Shown in pieces: positions 1 through 10,332 of a DNA stretch of 62,069 bases. Made by a program: the position numbers and the translations under genes. The notes beneath the pieces are model-generated. The model had not been told where the DNA came from and searched no databases. It was given only the letters and a program-made list of their open reading frames with translations. The stretch is taken from the NCBI GenBank assembly GCA_050258515.1, contig JBLMYW010000027.1, positions 1 through 62,069 on the forward strand, written 5' to 3'. The stretch is from Acidobacteriota bacterium (GTDB lineage Bacteria; Patescibacteriota; Saccharimonadia; Saccharimonadales; Saccharimonadaceae). Position 1 is the first letter of the stretch, and every line of letters begins with the position of its first letter.

Positions 1-681
1 GTCACTTAAGTCGATTGTGCCTGCAGTTGGATTGTATAATTTGATATAGTCGCCGCACAGCACCGAGCTATCAAACGGCGAACAACTGCTGGCATACGGA
101 TATATTTCGGTGACGACTACACCTGCATCCACTGGCGCTGCATACAACCCATCATCAAACAGCCCGCGATTGCCTGTCACAAATGGGCTGGCAGCCGTCG
201 AGTAGCTATCGGTATTATAGGCGCGCGTCATTGCCCTATCATAATTCGCCGCCAGTATAGATATATCCTGATTGCGATAGCCGATATGTGATAATCGAAG
301 CGTAGTCATCGGTGAGGGCGAGGCGGCATCGACATCCCAGCCATCAATCACAAAGCTTGCATTCGCTACTACGCCGCTCTTCGAGACAACGACATGCGTA
401 GCCGGTAGTAGCCAGCCGCTAAAATTGGTATGTATTTGCAATGTTCGGGCATTCTGCACATCTACAATATTCCAATCTTGCAACCGAACAAGCGTCTTAC
501 CCGTGTTGTATACCTCTACGTATTCTATATCTTTGCCACCGTTACTGGTTGCATAGGCCGTAACTAAAAGCGGAGCGACCGGCGGAAAATTAGTTGAGCC
601 AGCCTCAACTGCCCCAGCAGGATGCGATAACAAACTGCTGGCAATTACGGCTATTACTAAACAATATCGAATAATCCTCAC
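1..681 (-). CDS. Secreted lamin-tail-domain (LTD) protein, 5' part (runs off the window edge)
   Basis: Not in the ORF track. My translation from GTG at 681 gives a signal-peptide-like start (MRIIRYCLVIAVIASSLL) and LTD-type motifs IEYVEVYNTGKTLVRLQDW and DYIKLYNPTAGTIDLSD in the same frame. Confidence 0.7.
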   Translation of the reverse strand, partial: MRIIRYCLVIAVIASSLLSHPAGAVEAGSTNFPPVAPLLVTAYATSNGGKDIEYVEVYNTGKTLVRLQDWNIVDVQNARTLQIHTNFSGWLLPATHVVVSKSGVVANASFVIDGWDVDAASPSPMTTLRLSHIGYRNQDISILAANYDRAMTRAYNTDSYSTAASPFVTGNRGLFDDGLYAAPVDAGVVVTEIYPYASSCSPFDSSVLCGDYIKLYNPTAGTIDLSD

Positions 682-721
682 TGAATTTCCCCTAAACTTT
701 TCACCCTAGGGTACACTACGT

Positions 722-754
722 AAAATCCCGCATGCAACCATAAGCATGCGGGAT
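722..754 (-). terminator. Hairpin downstream of yebC, probable intrinsic terminator
   Basis: AATCCCGCATGC-aaccataa-GCATGCGGGATT inverted repeat with a T tract on the minus strand. Confidence 0.6.
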
Positions 755-773
755 TAGCGGATTTTACAACAAA

Positions 774-1499
774 CTACTCGTCTACTTCAACAGTGATGTC
801 AGCATTGGTATGTACATTCACCACGTCGTCCACGTCATCTAGCGCGTCCAGCACCTTTAGCAACTTACGTGCTGTTTCTGGGTCATCTACTACCACGTCG
901 TTATTGGCAACATATTGCAGCTCGGCGTCTTCTACGGGCAATGCTTCGGCAATGATTGCTTCGCGTACTTTCGCCAGGTCTTTCATATCGGTATATACGG
1001 TAATGCCGCCGTCCTCTTCCGCGGCATCTTCGGCCCCCGCTTCCAGCACACCCATCAGTGCATCTTCGCCAGTTGCGCCCACGCGTATCACGCCCTTGCG
1101 CGTAAACTGGAATGCCACGCTGCCGGCGTCAGCCATCGTACCGCCATTCTTTGTAAGCGCAGTGCGGACTTCAGGATAGGTACGGTTCTTATTGTCGGTT
1201 GCCGTTTCAATAATGATACCCACACCGCCCGGGCCATAGCCTTCGTAGGTAATTTCTTCCAGCGCCGCCGCGTTTTTATCGGCTGCACGCGCAATACTGC
1301 GCTGGATGTTGTCTTTTGGCATGTTGGCTTGCCTTGCTTTTTCGATCGCAAGTGCTAGGGCCGAGTTCATCGCAGGGTCGGTGCCACCGCGCGCAGCAAT
1401 CGCAATCATGTTGCCGATTTTGGTAAACACCGCGCCGCGTTTGGCGTCATTCACACCTTTGTCGCGTTTAATTTTACTCCATTTATTATGTCCTGCCAT
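774..1499 (-). CDS. yebC: YebC/PmpR family protein
   Basis: MAGHNKWSKIK start; YEGYGPGGV, TDNKNRT and DDVVNVHTN motifs. Confidence 0.97.
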   Translation of the reverse strand: MAGHNKWSKIKRDKGVNDAKRGAVFTKIGNMIAIAARGGTDPAMNSALALAIEKARQANMPKDNIQRSIARAADKNAAALEEITYEGYGPGGVGIIIETATDNKNRTYPEVRTALTKNGGTMADAGSVAFQFTRKGVIRVGATGEDALMGVLEAGAEDAAEEDGGITVYTDMKDLAKVREAIIAEALPVEDAELQYVANNDVVVDDPETARKLLKVLDALDDVDDVVNVHTNADITVEVDE

Positions 1500-1559
1500 G
1501 TAGGGAAATCTCCAAGGTTAGTTGGTATCGTTGTTACCTTTATTTTACCACGTTTTGCC

Positions 1560-2996
1560 TTACTCTACTAGGGATGCGTTATACAGCTTGTACTTCGACC
1601 TATACTTCATATACGCAACGGCACCCGCCACAACTATGATATATAGTAGCGCGCCCCACCATTGCCAACTTGGCTTTTCCAGCGCCCACGGAATATTCGC
1701 GCACCAGTCAATAATCGCGATTTGCAGGCGCAATAATTGCTCGGGCAGCCAGCCCGCAACGCTAACGATAGCCGGCAGCAGCCAAGCCACAAAACCAGCA
1801 ATGGCCGTCAGCAGCATAATAAACGGAATAATCGGCAGTATAAGCAAATTCGCTAGCGGCGCTATAATACTAAATTGCTGGAACGCCATAATCATAATGG
1901 GCAGCGTAACAATTTGCGCCGACACCGTTTCGATCAGTAGCTGCCCCACAAACGGTACTTTATCTTTACCGTAAAAGTACGCCGTAGCAATCGGCGCCAC
2001 TATCATCACGCCTGCAAATGCCGCAAAACTCAGCAGCCAGCCTAGATCGCCCCATACATAGCTGGGGTTCACCGCTACTGTTACCGCAGCCGCCACGCCA
2101 ACCAGCGTCACTGGGTGGAATTTACGGCCATAGTACCATGCCCACAGGCCAAGCCCCGCCACGAGCCCGGCACGGGTCATACTCGGGCTCAGGCCCGTTA
2201 TCGCAATAAATAGCGCAATCAATGAGGCCCCCGAAAGCATTGCCAGGTACTTAGAGACTTTGGCAAATAGTCGCCTGCCCAGGCGCACTAATATCGTCAA
2301 GTTATAGCCGCTCGCCACCACAACATGGGTCAGGCCGGTAACTTTTAGCGCCTCCACTAGGTCTGCCGGCAACGCACTCTTTTGCCCCAGCAAATAGCCG
2401 ATACCTAGGCTCGCCTCTGGCTCGGCAATCGCACTGCGCACCTCTCCGGCAAACCCATCCCGAATCTCCAATGGCACATCACCCGGTACGGGGCGCTCTA
2501 CACCTTTGCTTTTGCCGGTAATCGTTGCCGCAAAACCACCAAAGCCTGGCTTCAACTGACCCTCCACTGTTACGACGTCACTGCGCCTTGCTGCATCTGC
2601 CCCACTGACCGTTGCAAACACCTGGCCCGGCAACTTTTTGCCGCCTATGCTAATATTACCGAGTTTCATACGCTGCCCGCGCGTCGCCGCATCCGTATCA
2701 TCGGCCACCGTACCTGTTAATTGCACTTGCTTAAAATATAATGGTCGATACGCCGCCAAATCAACCGTGGCAGCCGAGCCACGCGCCAAGCCCAAAAGTG
2801 CTCCGCCCACAAATGCCAACGTAATCAGCATTCGCCGCCGGCGCCACATCGCGAGCAGCAGCAACGCAGTGCCAACCGAATATCCCAAGCCAGGCTCAGC
2901 CCACCACACCAGCGCCAACGCCACGCCAGCGACAAACCCGAGCGTGCCCGCCGTAAAGTGCCAGGTAATATGAATCCGCTCGCGTAGCCAATACAT
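1560..2996 (-). CDS. comEC: ComEC/Rec2 competence protein
   Basis: GLTHVVVASGYNL, SPSMTRA and GWLLSFAA motifs with many TM segments. Start moved to ATG 2996 because the longer ORF overlaps tRNA-Lys. Confidence 0.9.
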   Translation of the reverse strand: MYWLRERIHITWHFTAGTLGFVAGVALALVWWAEPGLGYSVGTALLLLAMWRRRRMLITLAFVGGALLGLARGSAATVDLAAYRPLYFKQVQLTGTVADDTDAATRGQRMKLGNISIGGKKLPGQVFATVSGADAARRSDVVTVEGQLKPGFGGFAATITGKSKGVERPVPGDVPLEIRDGFAGEVRSAIAEPEASLGIGYLLGQKSALPADLVEALKVTGLTHVVVASGYNLTILVRLGRRLFAKVSKYLAMLSGASLIALFIAITGLSPSMTRAGLVAGLGLWAWYYGRKFHPVTLVGVAAAVTVAVNPSYVWGDLGWLLSFAAFAGVMIVAPIATAYFYGKDKVPFVGQLLIETVSAQIVTLPIMIMAFQQFSIIAPLANLLILPIIPFIMLLTAIAGFVAWLLPAIVSVAGWLPEQLLRLQIAIIDWCANIPWALEKPSWQWWGALLYIIVVAGAVAYMKYRSKYKLYNASLVE

Positions 2997-3065
2997 GGAA
3001 TGTATAGTAGCATATCTTGACGGGCCCTCTCGGTAAATGGTATAGTGTTTTAGAGCAAAAGCTAC

Positions 3066-3142
3066 GGGCCCGTAGCTCAGCCGGTTAGAGCACCTGCCTT
3101 TTAAGCAGGGTGTCATGAGTTCAAGCCTCATCGGGCCCTCCA
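3066..3142 (+). tRNA. tRNA-Lys (TTT)
   Basis: GGGCCCG/CGGGCCC acceptor stem, CCTGC-CTTTTAA-GCAGG anticodon arm, TTCAAGC T-loop, encoded CCA. Confidence 0.97.
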
Positions 3143-3177
3143 AAGTAAAATCCCGTCATATGACGGGATTTTACTTT
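3142..3177. terminator. Bidirectional intrinsic terminator
   Basis: AAAGTAAAATCCCGTCATATGACGGGATTTTACTTT perfect palindrome between tRNA-Lys and a convergent gene. Confidence 0.8.
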
Positions 3178-3205
3178 GGCAGCGATACAGCCATGCTAGC
3201 GGATG

Positions 3206-3688
3206 CTACTTATGCTTTTCGCGATGCGCGTGCGGCTTTTTGTAAAACAATATTTCCAGTACCGCCAAGCCTACGCAGGCGGTGATGGCGATATTTTGGT
3301 ACTTCACAATTTCTAGCACGGTACTTTTGCTCGCTTCGTCCAGCACCACGGCATTACTAAACGCACCGTACGTAAGTACCACACCCAAAATCGCAAACAG
3401 CACAGCACCAAATATGCTATGCAAATTAGAATGTGTTTTGGGCGCACGCGCCATTACGAGTACTGCCGGCAAGAGCGTAAGCGCTACGGACACAATGCTG
3501 GTGAGTGGCGGCTGTACGATAATAAACCCAGATTCAGCGACCAGTGGCGTAAGGCTGTCCGTCCAAATACTCGCCAGCAAGGCGCCGGCAGCAAGCGCCA
3601 GCGTAGGCACGCCTAAGCTACGGCGGCTCAGCCATGCAAATAGGAATAATGCGCCGAAGTACAAGCCAAGAACTATTAAGTAGGTCAT
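3206..3688 (-). CDS. Hypothetical membrane protein
   Basis: 160 aa with about 5 hydrophobic segments; TATACT 6 nt before the ATG. Confidence 0.75.
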   Translation of the reverse strand: MTYLIVLGLYFGALFLFAWLSRRSLGVPTLALAAGALLASIWTDSLTPLVAESGFIIVQPPLTSIVSVALTLLPAVLVMARAPKTHSNLHSIFGAVLFAILGVVLTYGAFSNAVVLDEASKSTVLEIVKYQNIAITACVGLAVLEILFYKKPHAHREKHK

Positions 3689-3781
3689 GGTTATAGTATA
3701 GCACTAACGTTCCAGGAGGGGCTCACCCCTCCGGACTGACTGCCGAAATAAATTCGTCAATCGCCCTCCTCCCCCTAAAGG

Positions 3782-4687
3782 CTACGCGCCGATTTTATCC
3801 TTGCGGGGGCGGCGTTTGGCGTTTTGCTCGATGTATTCGATGATTTTTTCAGCGACGTTGCGCTTGGTAATAAGTTCGGGCGTTTTAATGCTCGCGCTCG
3901 AATTTACTTCCAGTACCAGCGGGCCGCGGCTAGATCGCATCATGTCTACGCCGCAAATTGGCAGCCCCATCGCGCGGGCTGCTTTTACCGCAACTTTGCG
4001 CTCTTCTTCAGTCAGTTTAACGGGGATACCTTCGCCGCCTTGGTGCGTATTAGAACGGAAATCGCCATCGAGGCTTTGGCGCTTCACGCTGGCCACCACG
4101 CGGCCGCCGACTACTAGGGCACGAATGTCGGTACCGGCAGATTCCTTGACGAACTCTTGTACCAAAAAGTTCACGCCCTCTACATAAAAGGCCTGCATTA
4201 CAGCTTTGGCGGCCTTGGCAGTTTCGGCCAATACGACGCCGTTACCATGCGTGCCACGCGCAACTTTAATAATCAGCGGTGCGCCGCCGGCTAGCTCTAC
4301 AATATCTTCAAAGCTGGCTGATTCACGGGCAAACACCGTTTTAGGAATCCCCACCCCAGCCTTTGCCAGTACTTGATAGGCACGCAGCTTATCGCGCGAG
4401 CGGTTGATAGCCAGGCTGCTTGCCGTCGTAAAGCTCCCTTGGGCCTCAAACTGGCGTACAATTGCCGTGCCGTACTTGGTGTAGCTTTGAGCAATGCGCG
4501 GAATTATCGCATCGAAATGCTCAAGGCTCTCGCCTTTGTACCGCACGCGGTTATTATTGCTTTCGATAGCAGTATACGCATCTTTATATTTGATGACTTT
4601 CACGTCATGGCCGCGTTTTTTCGCCTCTTCCTTTAGCCGCCTGGTAGTGTAATTACCCGGGCCGTTAGATAAGATCGCAATCTTCAT
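3782..4687 (-). CDS. rimK: RimK-family alpha-L-glutamate ligase (ATP-grasp)
   Basis: MKIAILS start; SRDKLR, GTHGNGV, QEFVKES.GTDIR, DFRSNTHQGG and GPLVLEVNSS motifs. Confidence 0.92.
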   Translation of the reverse strand: MKIAILSNGPGNYTTRRLKEEAKKRGHDVKVIKYKDAYTAIESNNNRVRYKGESLEHFDAIIPRIAQSYTKYGTAIVRQFEAQGSFTTASSLAINRSRDKLRAYQVLAKAGVGIPKTVFARESASFEDIVELAGGAPLIIKVARGTHGNGVVLAETAKAAKAVMQAFYVEGVNFLVQEFVKESAGTDIRALVVGGRVVASVKRQSLDGDFRSNTHQGGEGIPVKLTEEERKVAVKAARAMGLPICGVDMMRSSRGPLVLEVNSSASIKTPELITKRNVAEKIIEYIEQNAKRRPRKDKIGA

Positions 4688-4690
4688 ATA

Positions 4691-5179
4691 TTAGCGCCCC
4701 TCTTCTTCATCCTTGGGGAAGATGATTCCATATTCTTTTTTCAACTGTACGCGATCAATCGCTGACTCATTTGTATCGACTAAGAAGCGGCGATTTAGCA
4801 TAGTACGGCCAAGTAAAATTGGGTAAATCTTTTTTGAGCGATCGGCTAGTGTAAACTTGGCTAAAAAGATCTTAGGGCCTAGCTTTACCTTAAAGCGAAT
4901 ATCGTAACGCTCTTCTTCGTGCCCAAATGAATTCGCCACTATCACCTTTTGGAACTTATCAGTAGATAAGCGCTGCGCCATTTGCCCGCATACCGGATGG
5001 TCGCCAAATAGCGTGAACGACACCACGCCGTCTTCTTCCGTGATATCGGTGGCATGTACCGCCGAGCGGTATGCACCGGTATCTACTTTTGCTGGCACGC
5101 CGTGAATCACAAGATCAACAAAGTCCAGCCGCTCCGAGCGGCCGATAATGAGTTTGTGAAAATCGTTGCGCTTTACCAT
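4691..5179 (-). CDS. RimK-associated retropepsin-like protease (DUF785 / 'ATP-dependent Zn protease' family)
   Basis: AKVDTGAYRS, FTLADRS and ILLGR motifs; immediately upstream of rimK. Confidence 0.88.
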   Translation of the reverse strand: MVKRNDFHKLIIGRSERLDFVDLVIHGVPAKVDTGAYRSAVHATDITEEDGVVSFTLFGDHPVCGQMAQRLSTDKFQKVIVANSFGHEEERYDIRFKVKLGPKIFLAKFTLADRSKKIYPILLGRTMLNRRFLVDTNESAIDRVQLKKEYGIIFPKDEEEGR

Positions 5180-5262
5180 ACTAGCTACTATACAGGGTGT
5201 TAGATGTGATATAAATGTTTATCTTGACTATTATAGCATGAGCTATTACAATAGTCAATACT

Positions 5263-6501
5263 ATGGCACATGTTTTAATCGTTGGCAAATCGTTCTCAGG
5301 GCTAAAAAACTTCTTGATTGACCAAGGACATACCTATACCGTGCTACAAGACAGCGCTGCTACCAAATTCCCCGAAAAAAAGTTTAAACGGCGAGTAGTA
5401 ACATCATTTAAAGATCCGAGTAGCTACCTCGCTGCAGTAGATGCGATCCAGCGCGAGAAGCCCATCGATGCAGCCCTTACTGTCTATGAAAATTACATTG
5501 TCGCCTGCGCGCATATCACGACACACTTAGGCCTACCCGGCTTAACCGCTGAAGCTGCCGTTGCCTGTACCGATAAAGAAATAATGCGCGCCAAATTTAG
5601 CACCGCACCAGAGAAAATCAGCCCAGGCTTTATGGCCGTTCACTCGCGCGAGGATCTACAGGCATTTGCAGCCAGCCACCAATTCCCTCTTATTCTTAAG
5701 CCGGCGAATCTTGCCAAAAGCCTGCTGGTGACCAAAAATGACACACTGGAAGAATTGCTGGCTAATTACGACAAGGCGCTGGGTCTGCTTGATAGCACGT
5801 ATAAAAAATATGCGCCTAATAATACTCCTAAATTGCTGGTGGAGGAATTTTTAGAAGGCAGCGTACATTCAGTGGATGCATTTATTGACGCAACTGGCGA
5901 GCCGCACGTGCTAGAAAATGTCGTGGACTACCAGACTGGCTACGACATTGGGTTTGACGACAATTTCCATTACTCACGGCTCCTGCCGTCGCGGCTTCCG
6001 GGCGAGACAATTGCGGCAATTCGTCACTGTGCCAAGGTCGGCTGCCAAGCCCTTGGTATGACCAGCAGCCCGGCACATGTTGAAATCATTTTAACTGCCG
6101 ATGGGCCGCGCATTGTAGAAATTGGCGCGCGCAATGGCGGCTACCGCGAGCGCATGCACCGGCTGGCTAACGCTATCGACATTCCTGCCAATGCGCTGGC
6201 GCTGGCGCTTAATCAGCCACTTGATATCGCACCAAAAAAGAACGACAGCGTAGGCGTCTTTGAACTATTCCCTAAAATGCCTGGCATATTCAGCGGACTC
6301 ACAAACGAGGCTACGCTGCGCGCATTGCCATCGCTCAATTATCTTAGTATCAAAGCCACGCCAGGGCACTTTGTCGGCAAGGCTGGTGATGGCTATAAAA
6401 TGTGTGCGGTAGTTATTCTCCATAATAGTGATGGGACTATCTTTGCCCAAGATCAGGAGACATTAGCAGCCCAAATCGCCGTGCTTACCGCTCGGGAGTA
6501 G
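5263..6501 (+). CDS. ATP-grasp ligase (L-amino-acid-ligase-like)
   Basis: CTDKEIMR, FPLILKP, LLVEEFLEG and HVEIILTADGPRIVEIGARNGG motifs. Confidence 0.88.
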   Translation: MAHVLIVGKSFSGLKNFLIDQGHTYTVLQDSAATKFPEKKFKRRVVTSFKDPSSYLAAVDAIQREKPIDAALTVYENYIVACAHITTHLGLPGLTAEAAVACTDKEIMRAKFSTAPEKISPGFMAVHSREDLQAFAASHQFPLILKPANLAKSLLVTKNDTLEELLANYDKALGLLDSTYKKYAPNNTPKLLVEEFLEGSVHSVDAFIDATGEPHVLENVVDYQTGYDIGFDDNFHYSRLLPSRLPGETIAAIRHCAKVGCQALGMTSSPAHVEIILTADGPRIVEIGARNGGYRERMHRLANAIDIPANALALALNQPLDIAPKKNDSVGVFELFPKMPGIFSGLTNEATLRALPSLNYLSIKATPGHFVGKAGDGYKMCAVVILHNSDGTIFAQDQETLAAQIAVLTARE

Positions 6502-7378
6502 CACGAGTGTGCAAATACTCGGCAAGGCCATAAAGCTCTTCAGACAGTACACCTGGTACGGCGCGTATCCCGAAATTGAAGTTTGCCTCTAGCACGACCG
6601 GCTGATCGGTGCGCTGATCAATCATAATATCAGCACCGCAAATATCCCTGCCGAGCGCCCGGGAAGCCGCGACTGCTAATTCCGTAATCGCTGCCGGTAC
6701 ATCCTCGAGTGGCAAGTACTGTTTTTCGCCGCCCTGCGAGATATTATTGCGGTGGTCGCCGCTCTGCGCTACACGGCGGTAGACGCAAGTTGCCCGATTG
6801 CCCAGCACGATAACGCGGTAGTCCCCGTCGTTTGGGATGGCCTCTTGCGCGATGAATTTAACGTCGGGATAGGTGGCCAGTAGCTCATCGAACTGCTCTC
6901 TTGAGGCCACGTAGTGATTATCGTTACCACTTTTTGCCATGATAGATTTTACTATCATCGGGTATGATAGGGTTGCTTCAGCAGCTGCACGCAGCCGCGC
7001 CGTACCCGCATATACCGAGCGAGGAAATGAGAGACCTCGGAATGAAAATGCCATATACTGCGCCAGCTTGCTGATTTTTTGCGATACTGCGGTATCGGCA
7101 TTCACAAAGGCTATACCAGCATGATTACAGTAGTCCGCAATCGTATTGCGCTCTGGCTCGTAGCCATGGAAGTCCCGAATATACACCAAGTCATAGGCGG
7201 TAAGCGGAATACCGGCCGCTGCTACCACTGCTTCTGTAGGAGTAATAGCAAACTCAACATCTTGGTATCGCGCAACTGCATACTCATCTTTGCCCAGCTG
7301 CTGTAGGCCCTCATAGGTTTTGTATCCTTCGCTCTCATTTTGAGGCTTATCACCGATGAGTATCAATATTCTTGCCAT
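6485..7378 (-). CDS. RimK/LysX-like ATP-grasp ligase
   Basis: YPMIVK, IAQEAIPNDGDYRVIVLG, HRNNISQGG, ICGADIM and VLEANFN motifs. Confidence 0.85.
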   Translation of the reverse strand: MARILILIGDKPQNESEGYKTYEGLQQLGKDEYAVARYQDVEFAITPTEAVVAAAGIPLTAYDLVYIRDFHGYEPERNTIADYCNHAGIAFVNADTAVSQKISKLAQYMAFSFRGLSFPRSVYAGTARLRAAAEATLSYPMIVKSIMAKSGNDNHYVASREQFDELLATYPDVKFIAQEAIPNDGDYRVIVLGNRATCVYRRVAQSGDHRNNISQGGEKQYLPLEDVPAAITELAVAASRALGRDICGADIMIDQRTDQPVVLEANFNFGIRAVPGVLSEELYGLAEYLHTRATPER

Positions 7379-9120
7379 GGCCGGCTTTCCTCCAGGTAGG
7401 GTTTAAGTACTGTCATGATATGCTCCGACCAATTGATGCTGGTATCTGCAGGGACGTCCAGCAAGCCAAAGGCATGCAGCTTTACTTGGTCAGTGAGGTC
7501 AAGCCCAGTTACGGCTAAGGCTCTTGCCTGCGCCTCGGGCGAGGCTTTTTGTAATTCGTTCATCAATATTGACTCTTCGGCATATACCATCGGCTGCGAA
7601 TTAATTCCACCGCGGATCAGCCGCAATACGCGATCGGCAGCCTCTTTGGCGGCGCTAGCTTTATTAGAATCTGGCAGTGCACGTAGCTTTGCATCATAAA
7701 AAGCCTGTATTGCATCGCCCGTAGAGCCGCCGTCTTCTAGCGCGCGCAGCGCACTGGCGTAGGTATCGGCATAGGGTTTTTGGTAGCCAAATAATTCTTG
7801 CTCGGCTTGGCGCTGGCGCACATTGGCGCCCGCTTCACGAAGGCCCGATACGCGCTTGCCTTTTATCTTGGCAATTTTTACGGTTTGGCCGACCGCTTCG
7901 TCGGCAGTCGCCTGATTAATATGTTCCAGCTCGTGAAAGCCACCAACGATCATTACATCATAGAGCGAACGCGGTGCGGATGCCACTTTGAATGTACCAC
8001 TCGTCGAATCAACTTCAAACGTTGTTTTAGCAGGGTTAATCACTACCTGAAATAGACCATCGGCTGCCCTATGTGTGCGACTGGACGACCATGTGCTGGC
8101 GTCTTCGCTACTAAGCATGCCCGCTCTGCCGATAATATCCCGGAATATGCGCACCATTTCCTCTGGCTCTAGCATGATTTCTTTCATGCGCTGCATCTGC
8201 TCTGGGCTAAATAGACCTCCTTTGGGTGCTTCCGCAGTACCAGTTGCCACTTCTCCCGCGACGCTCGAGGCAACCCCGCTATCGGTATAGCCGACGCCAT
8301 TACGCAAAAAATCGAGTCGACGGTACAAGCGCTTGCGTGATTCGTCCGCCTCCAGAACCCGCAACAGCCGTGGCGATACTAGCTGCTCCGCTTGGCGTTC
8401 TAGGCCATGATTACCCGTTATGACGGCCTGCTCGCGCAGCGTTTCAACCATTGGGATACCTGCAGCCAACAGTGTATTAATCTTAGCCAAAAATACTTCT
8501 ACGTAGGCTATTTTCGCGTCAGCGATATCAGTACCGCGCGGCACACCCTTTTTCAGCTCTAATAGTATCTCGCGAGCACTGCCAAGATCGCTCATCTTTT
8601 TGCTAAAATCTGCCGGCTCAATCACAATGGAGCGTGCTTCAGTAATCTGCCCATCAATTGGTTGGCCAGCTGCGAGCGCAGCGACGACATGCTGCTGGTA
8701 TACCTCTGTGCTCTTTTTGGATAGTGCGAGCAACTGACTCGTATCGAGCCCAGACGCAGCTACCCACTTATATACATCTTGGGGTGTATCAAACGTCGGC
8801 AATTGTAGGCCGTCGATGTGCACCTCGCCACTCATAATGCCTTCGGCAAAAAAGAGCGGTGCGACCGTTGCCTCAACCATCGGCGTTTTTAGCGTATCTT
8901 CTAGAAATACACCGGAACTAATCGGCTCCACTAATAGACCTGCCTCAAACTGACGGGCTTCAGCCGTTTCCTCATCACTTAACGGCCGCTCAGGTGCTGC
9001 AACTAACGTTTCAGCGAGCACGTCTGCCTCGACACCACTGCGTTCAAGATAAAGACCGCTGTAGCCTATGCGGTGTTCTGAAGTAGCCTCTCTATGATTT
9101 GTTTGTGTTTTTGGGGTCAC
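7363..9120 (-). CDS. Hypothetical protein with a HExxH metallopeptidase-like motif
   Basis: GGFHELEH followed about 30 aa later by LREAGA (possible third ligand); overlaps the start of the ATP-grasp gene. Confidence 0.6.
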   Translation of the reverse strand: MTPKTQTNHREATSEHRIGYSGLYLERSGVEADVLAETLVAAPERPLSDEETAEARQFEAGLLVEPISSGVFLEDTLKTPMVEATVAPLFFAEGIMSGEVHIDGLQLPTFDTPQDVYKWVAASGLDTSQLLALSKKSTEVYQQHVVAALAAGQPIDGQITEARSIVIEPADFSKKMSDLGSAREILLELKKGVPRGTDIADAKIAYVEVFLAKINTLLAAGIPMVETLREQAVITGNHGLERQAEQLVSPRLLRVLEADESRKRLYRRLDFLRNGVGYTDSGVASSVAGEVATGTAEAPKGGLFSPEQMQRMKEIMLEPEEMVRIFRDIIGRAGMLSSEDASTWSSSRTHRAADGLFQVVINPAKTTFEVDSTSGTFKVASAPRSLYDVMIVGGFHELEHINQATADEAVGQTVKIAKIKGKRVSGLREAGANVRQRQAEQELFGYQKPYADTYASALRALEDGGSTGDAIQAFYDAKLRALPDSNKASAAKEAADRVLRLIRGGINSQPMVYAEESILMNELQKASPEAQARALAVTGLDLTDQVKLHAFGLLDVPADTSINWSEHIMTVLKPYLEESRPWQEY

Positions 9121-9173
9121 TATACTTTTACAGTAGCATATATACTGTAAAAAAGCAATGGCCGCTTCCCGTA

Positions 9174-10286
9174 CTACTGGCTAAAGATACCGCGCTTTTT
9201 AGCGCCTTGGAACTCTTCTAGCAACTCACGCTGCTTTTTGTTCAGCTTGGTGGGCGTATCTACCACTATGCTTACGATGTGTGCACCGCGAGATTCGCCC
9301 CTAAGGTGCGGTACGCCATGGCCGGACAGCTTAAAGTCGGTACCGCTTTGCGTGCCAGATGGCACCTTCATCGTTACTACGCCGTCTACCGTTTCGACGT
9401 CAATTTCAGTACCTAATGCCGCATCTACCATGCTAATATGCTCTTCGCTTAAGATTAAGTCGCCTTCGCGGGTGAACTTTTTGTGCGCCTTTACACGTAC
9501 ATGTACATACAAGTCGCCCCTAGCACCGCCGCCAATTGCTTCGCCGTGCTCGCGCAGGCGAATCGTCGCGCCGTCGTCAATGCCAGCCGGTATCTTTACT
9601 TTGATCGTTTGCTCGCGGCGCTCGACACCGCTGCCGTGGCACTTGGTGCACACCTTTTCGGGTACTTTACCTTTCCCCTTGCAGGTGGGGCAGGTGACTG
9701 CTTGCTGGATTGGGCCAAACATCGTATTCATCACGCGTACCTGCTGGCCAGCGCCCTTACAGTCTGGGCACGTCTTCATATCATGCCCCGGCTCTACCGT
9801 TGTCCCCTTACAGTGCGAACACTCGTCATCAAGGTTTAGGCTCAGCTTTACTTCTTTGCCGAATACCGCTTCTTCAAAGTCAAGCGTGACACGCGCTTCA
9901 ACATCCCTACCCTTAGTTGGCCCATAGGTCTGCTGACCACCGCCACCAAAAAACTGGCTGAATATGTCGCCAAAGCCGCCACCAAAATCAAAATTAATGT
10001 TTTGGCCGTTAAAGTCAAACCCGCCGCCAAACGGATTACCACCGCCCGCGCCACCACCACTCGCGCCGCCTACGCCGGCGTGGCCGAATTGGTCGTAACG
10101 TTGTCGTTTTTGTTTGTCTTTTAGTACTTCGTAGGCTTCACTAGCTTCTTTAAACTTTGTTTCATCACCGCCCTCTTTATCGGGGTGGTATTTTACCGCC
10201 AGCTTACGAAAAGCCTTTTTAATTTCATCATCACTGGCCGATTTGCCGACCCCTAGAATTTCGTAATAATCGCGTTTTTCACTCAT
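9174..10286 (-). CDS. dnaJ: Chaperone DnaJ
   Basis: J domain with HPD, G/F-rich region, four CxxCxGxG-type repeats. Confidence 0.98.
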   Translation of the reverse strand: MSEKRDYYEILGVGKSASDDEIKKAFRKLAVKYHPDKEGGDETKFKEASEAYEVLKDKQKRQRYDQFGHAGVGGASGGGAGGGNPFGGGFDFNGQNINFDFGGGFGDIFSQFFGGGGQQTYGPTKGRDVEARVTLDFEEAVFGKEVKLSLNLDDECSHCKGTTVEPGHDMKTCPDCKGAGQQVRVMNTMFGPIQQAVTCPTCKGKGKVPEKVCTKCHGSGVERREQTIKVKIPAGIDDGATIRLREHGEAIGGGARGDLYVHVRVKAHKKFTREGDLILSEEHISMVDAALGTEIDVETVDGVVTMKVPSGTQSGTDFKLSGHGVPHLRGESRGAHIVSIVVDTPTKLNKKQRELLEEFQGAKKRGIFSQ

Positions 10287-10305
10287 TACTATCTAGTATA
10301 GAAAA

Positions 10306-10332
10306 TTAGCACTCTAAATGCAAGAGTGCTAA
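10306..10332. promoter_or_regulatory. CIRCE (HrcA operator) upstream of dnaJ
   Basis: TTAGCACTC-taaatgcaa-GAGTGCTAA, perfect consensus. Confidence 0.97.

Noticed and set aside
2997-3143. N-terminal extension of ComEC in the ORF track
   Set aside because: It is largely the antisense of tRNA-Lys and its promoter; the real start is 2996
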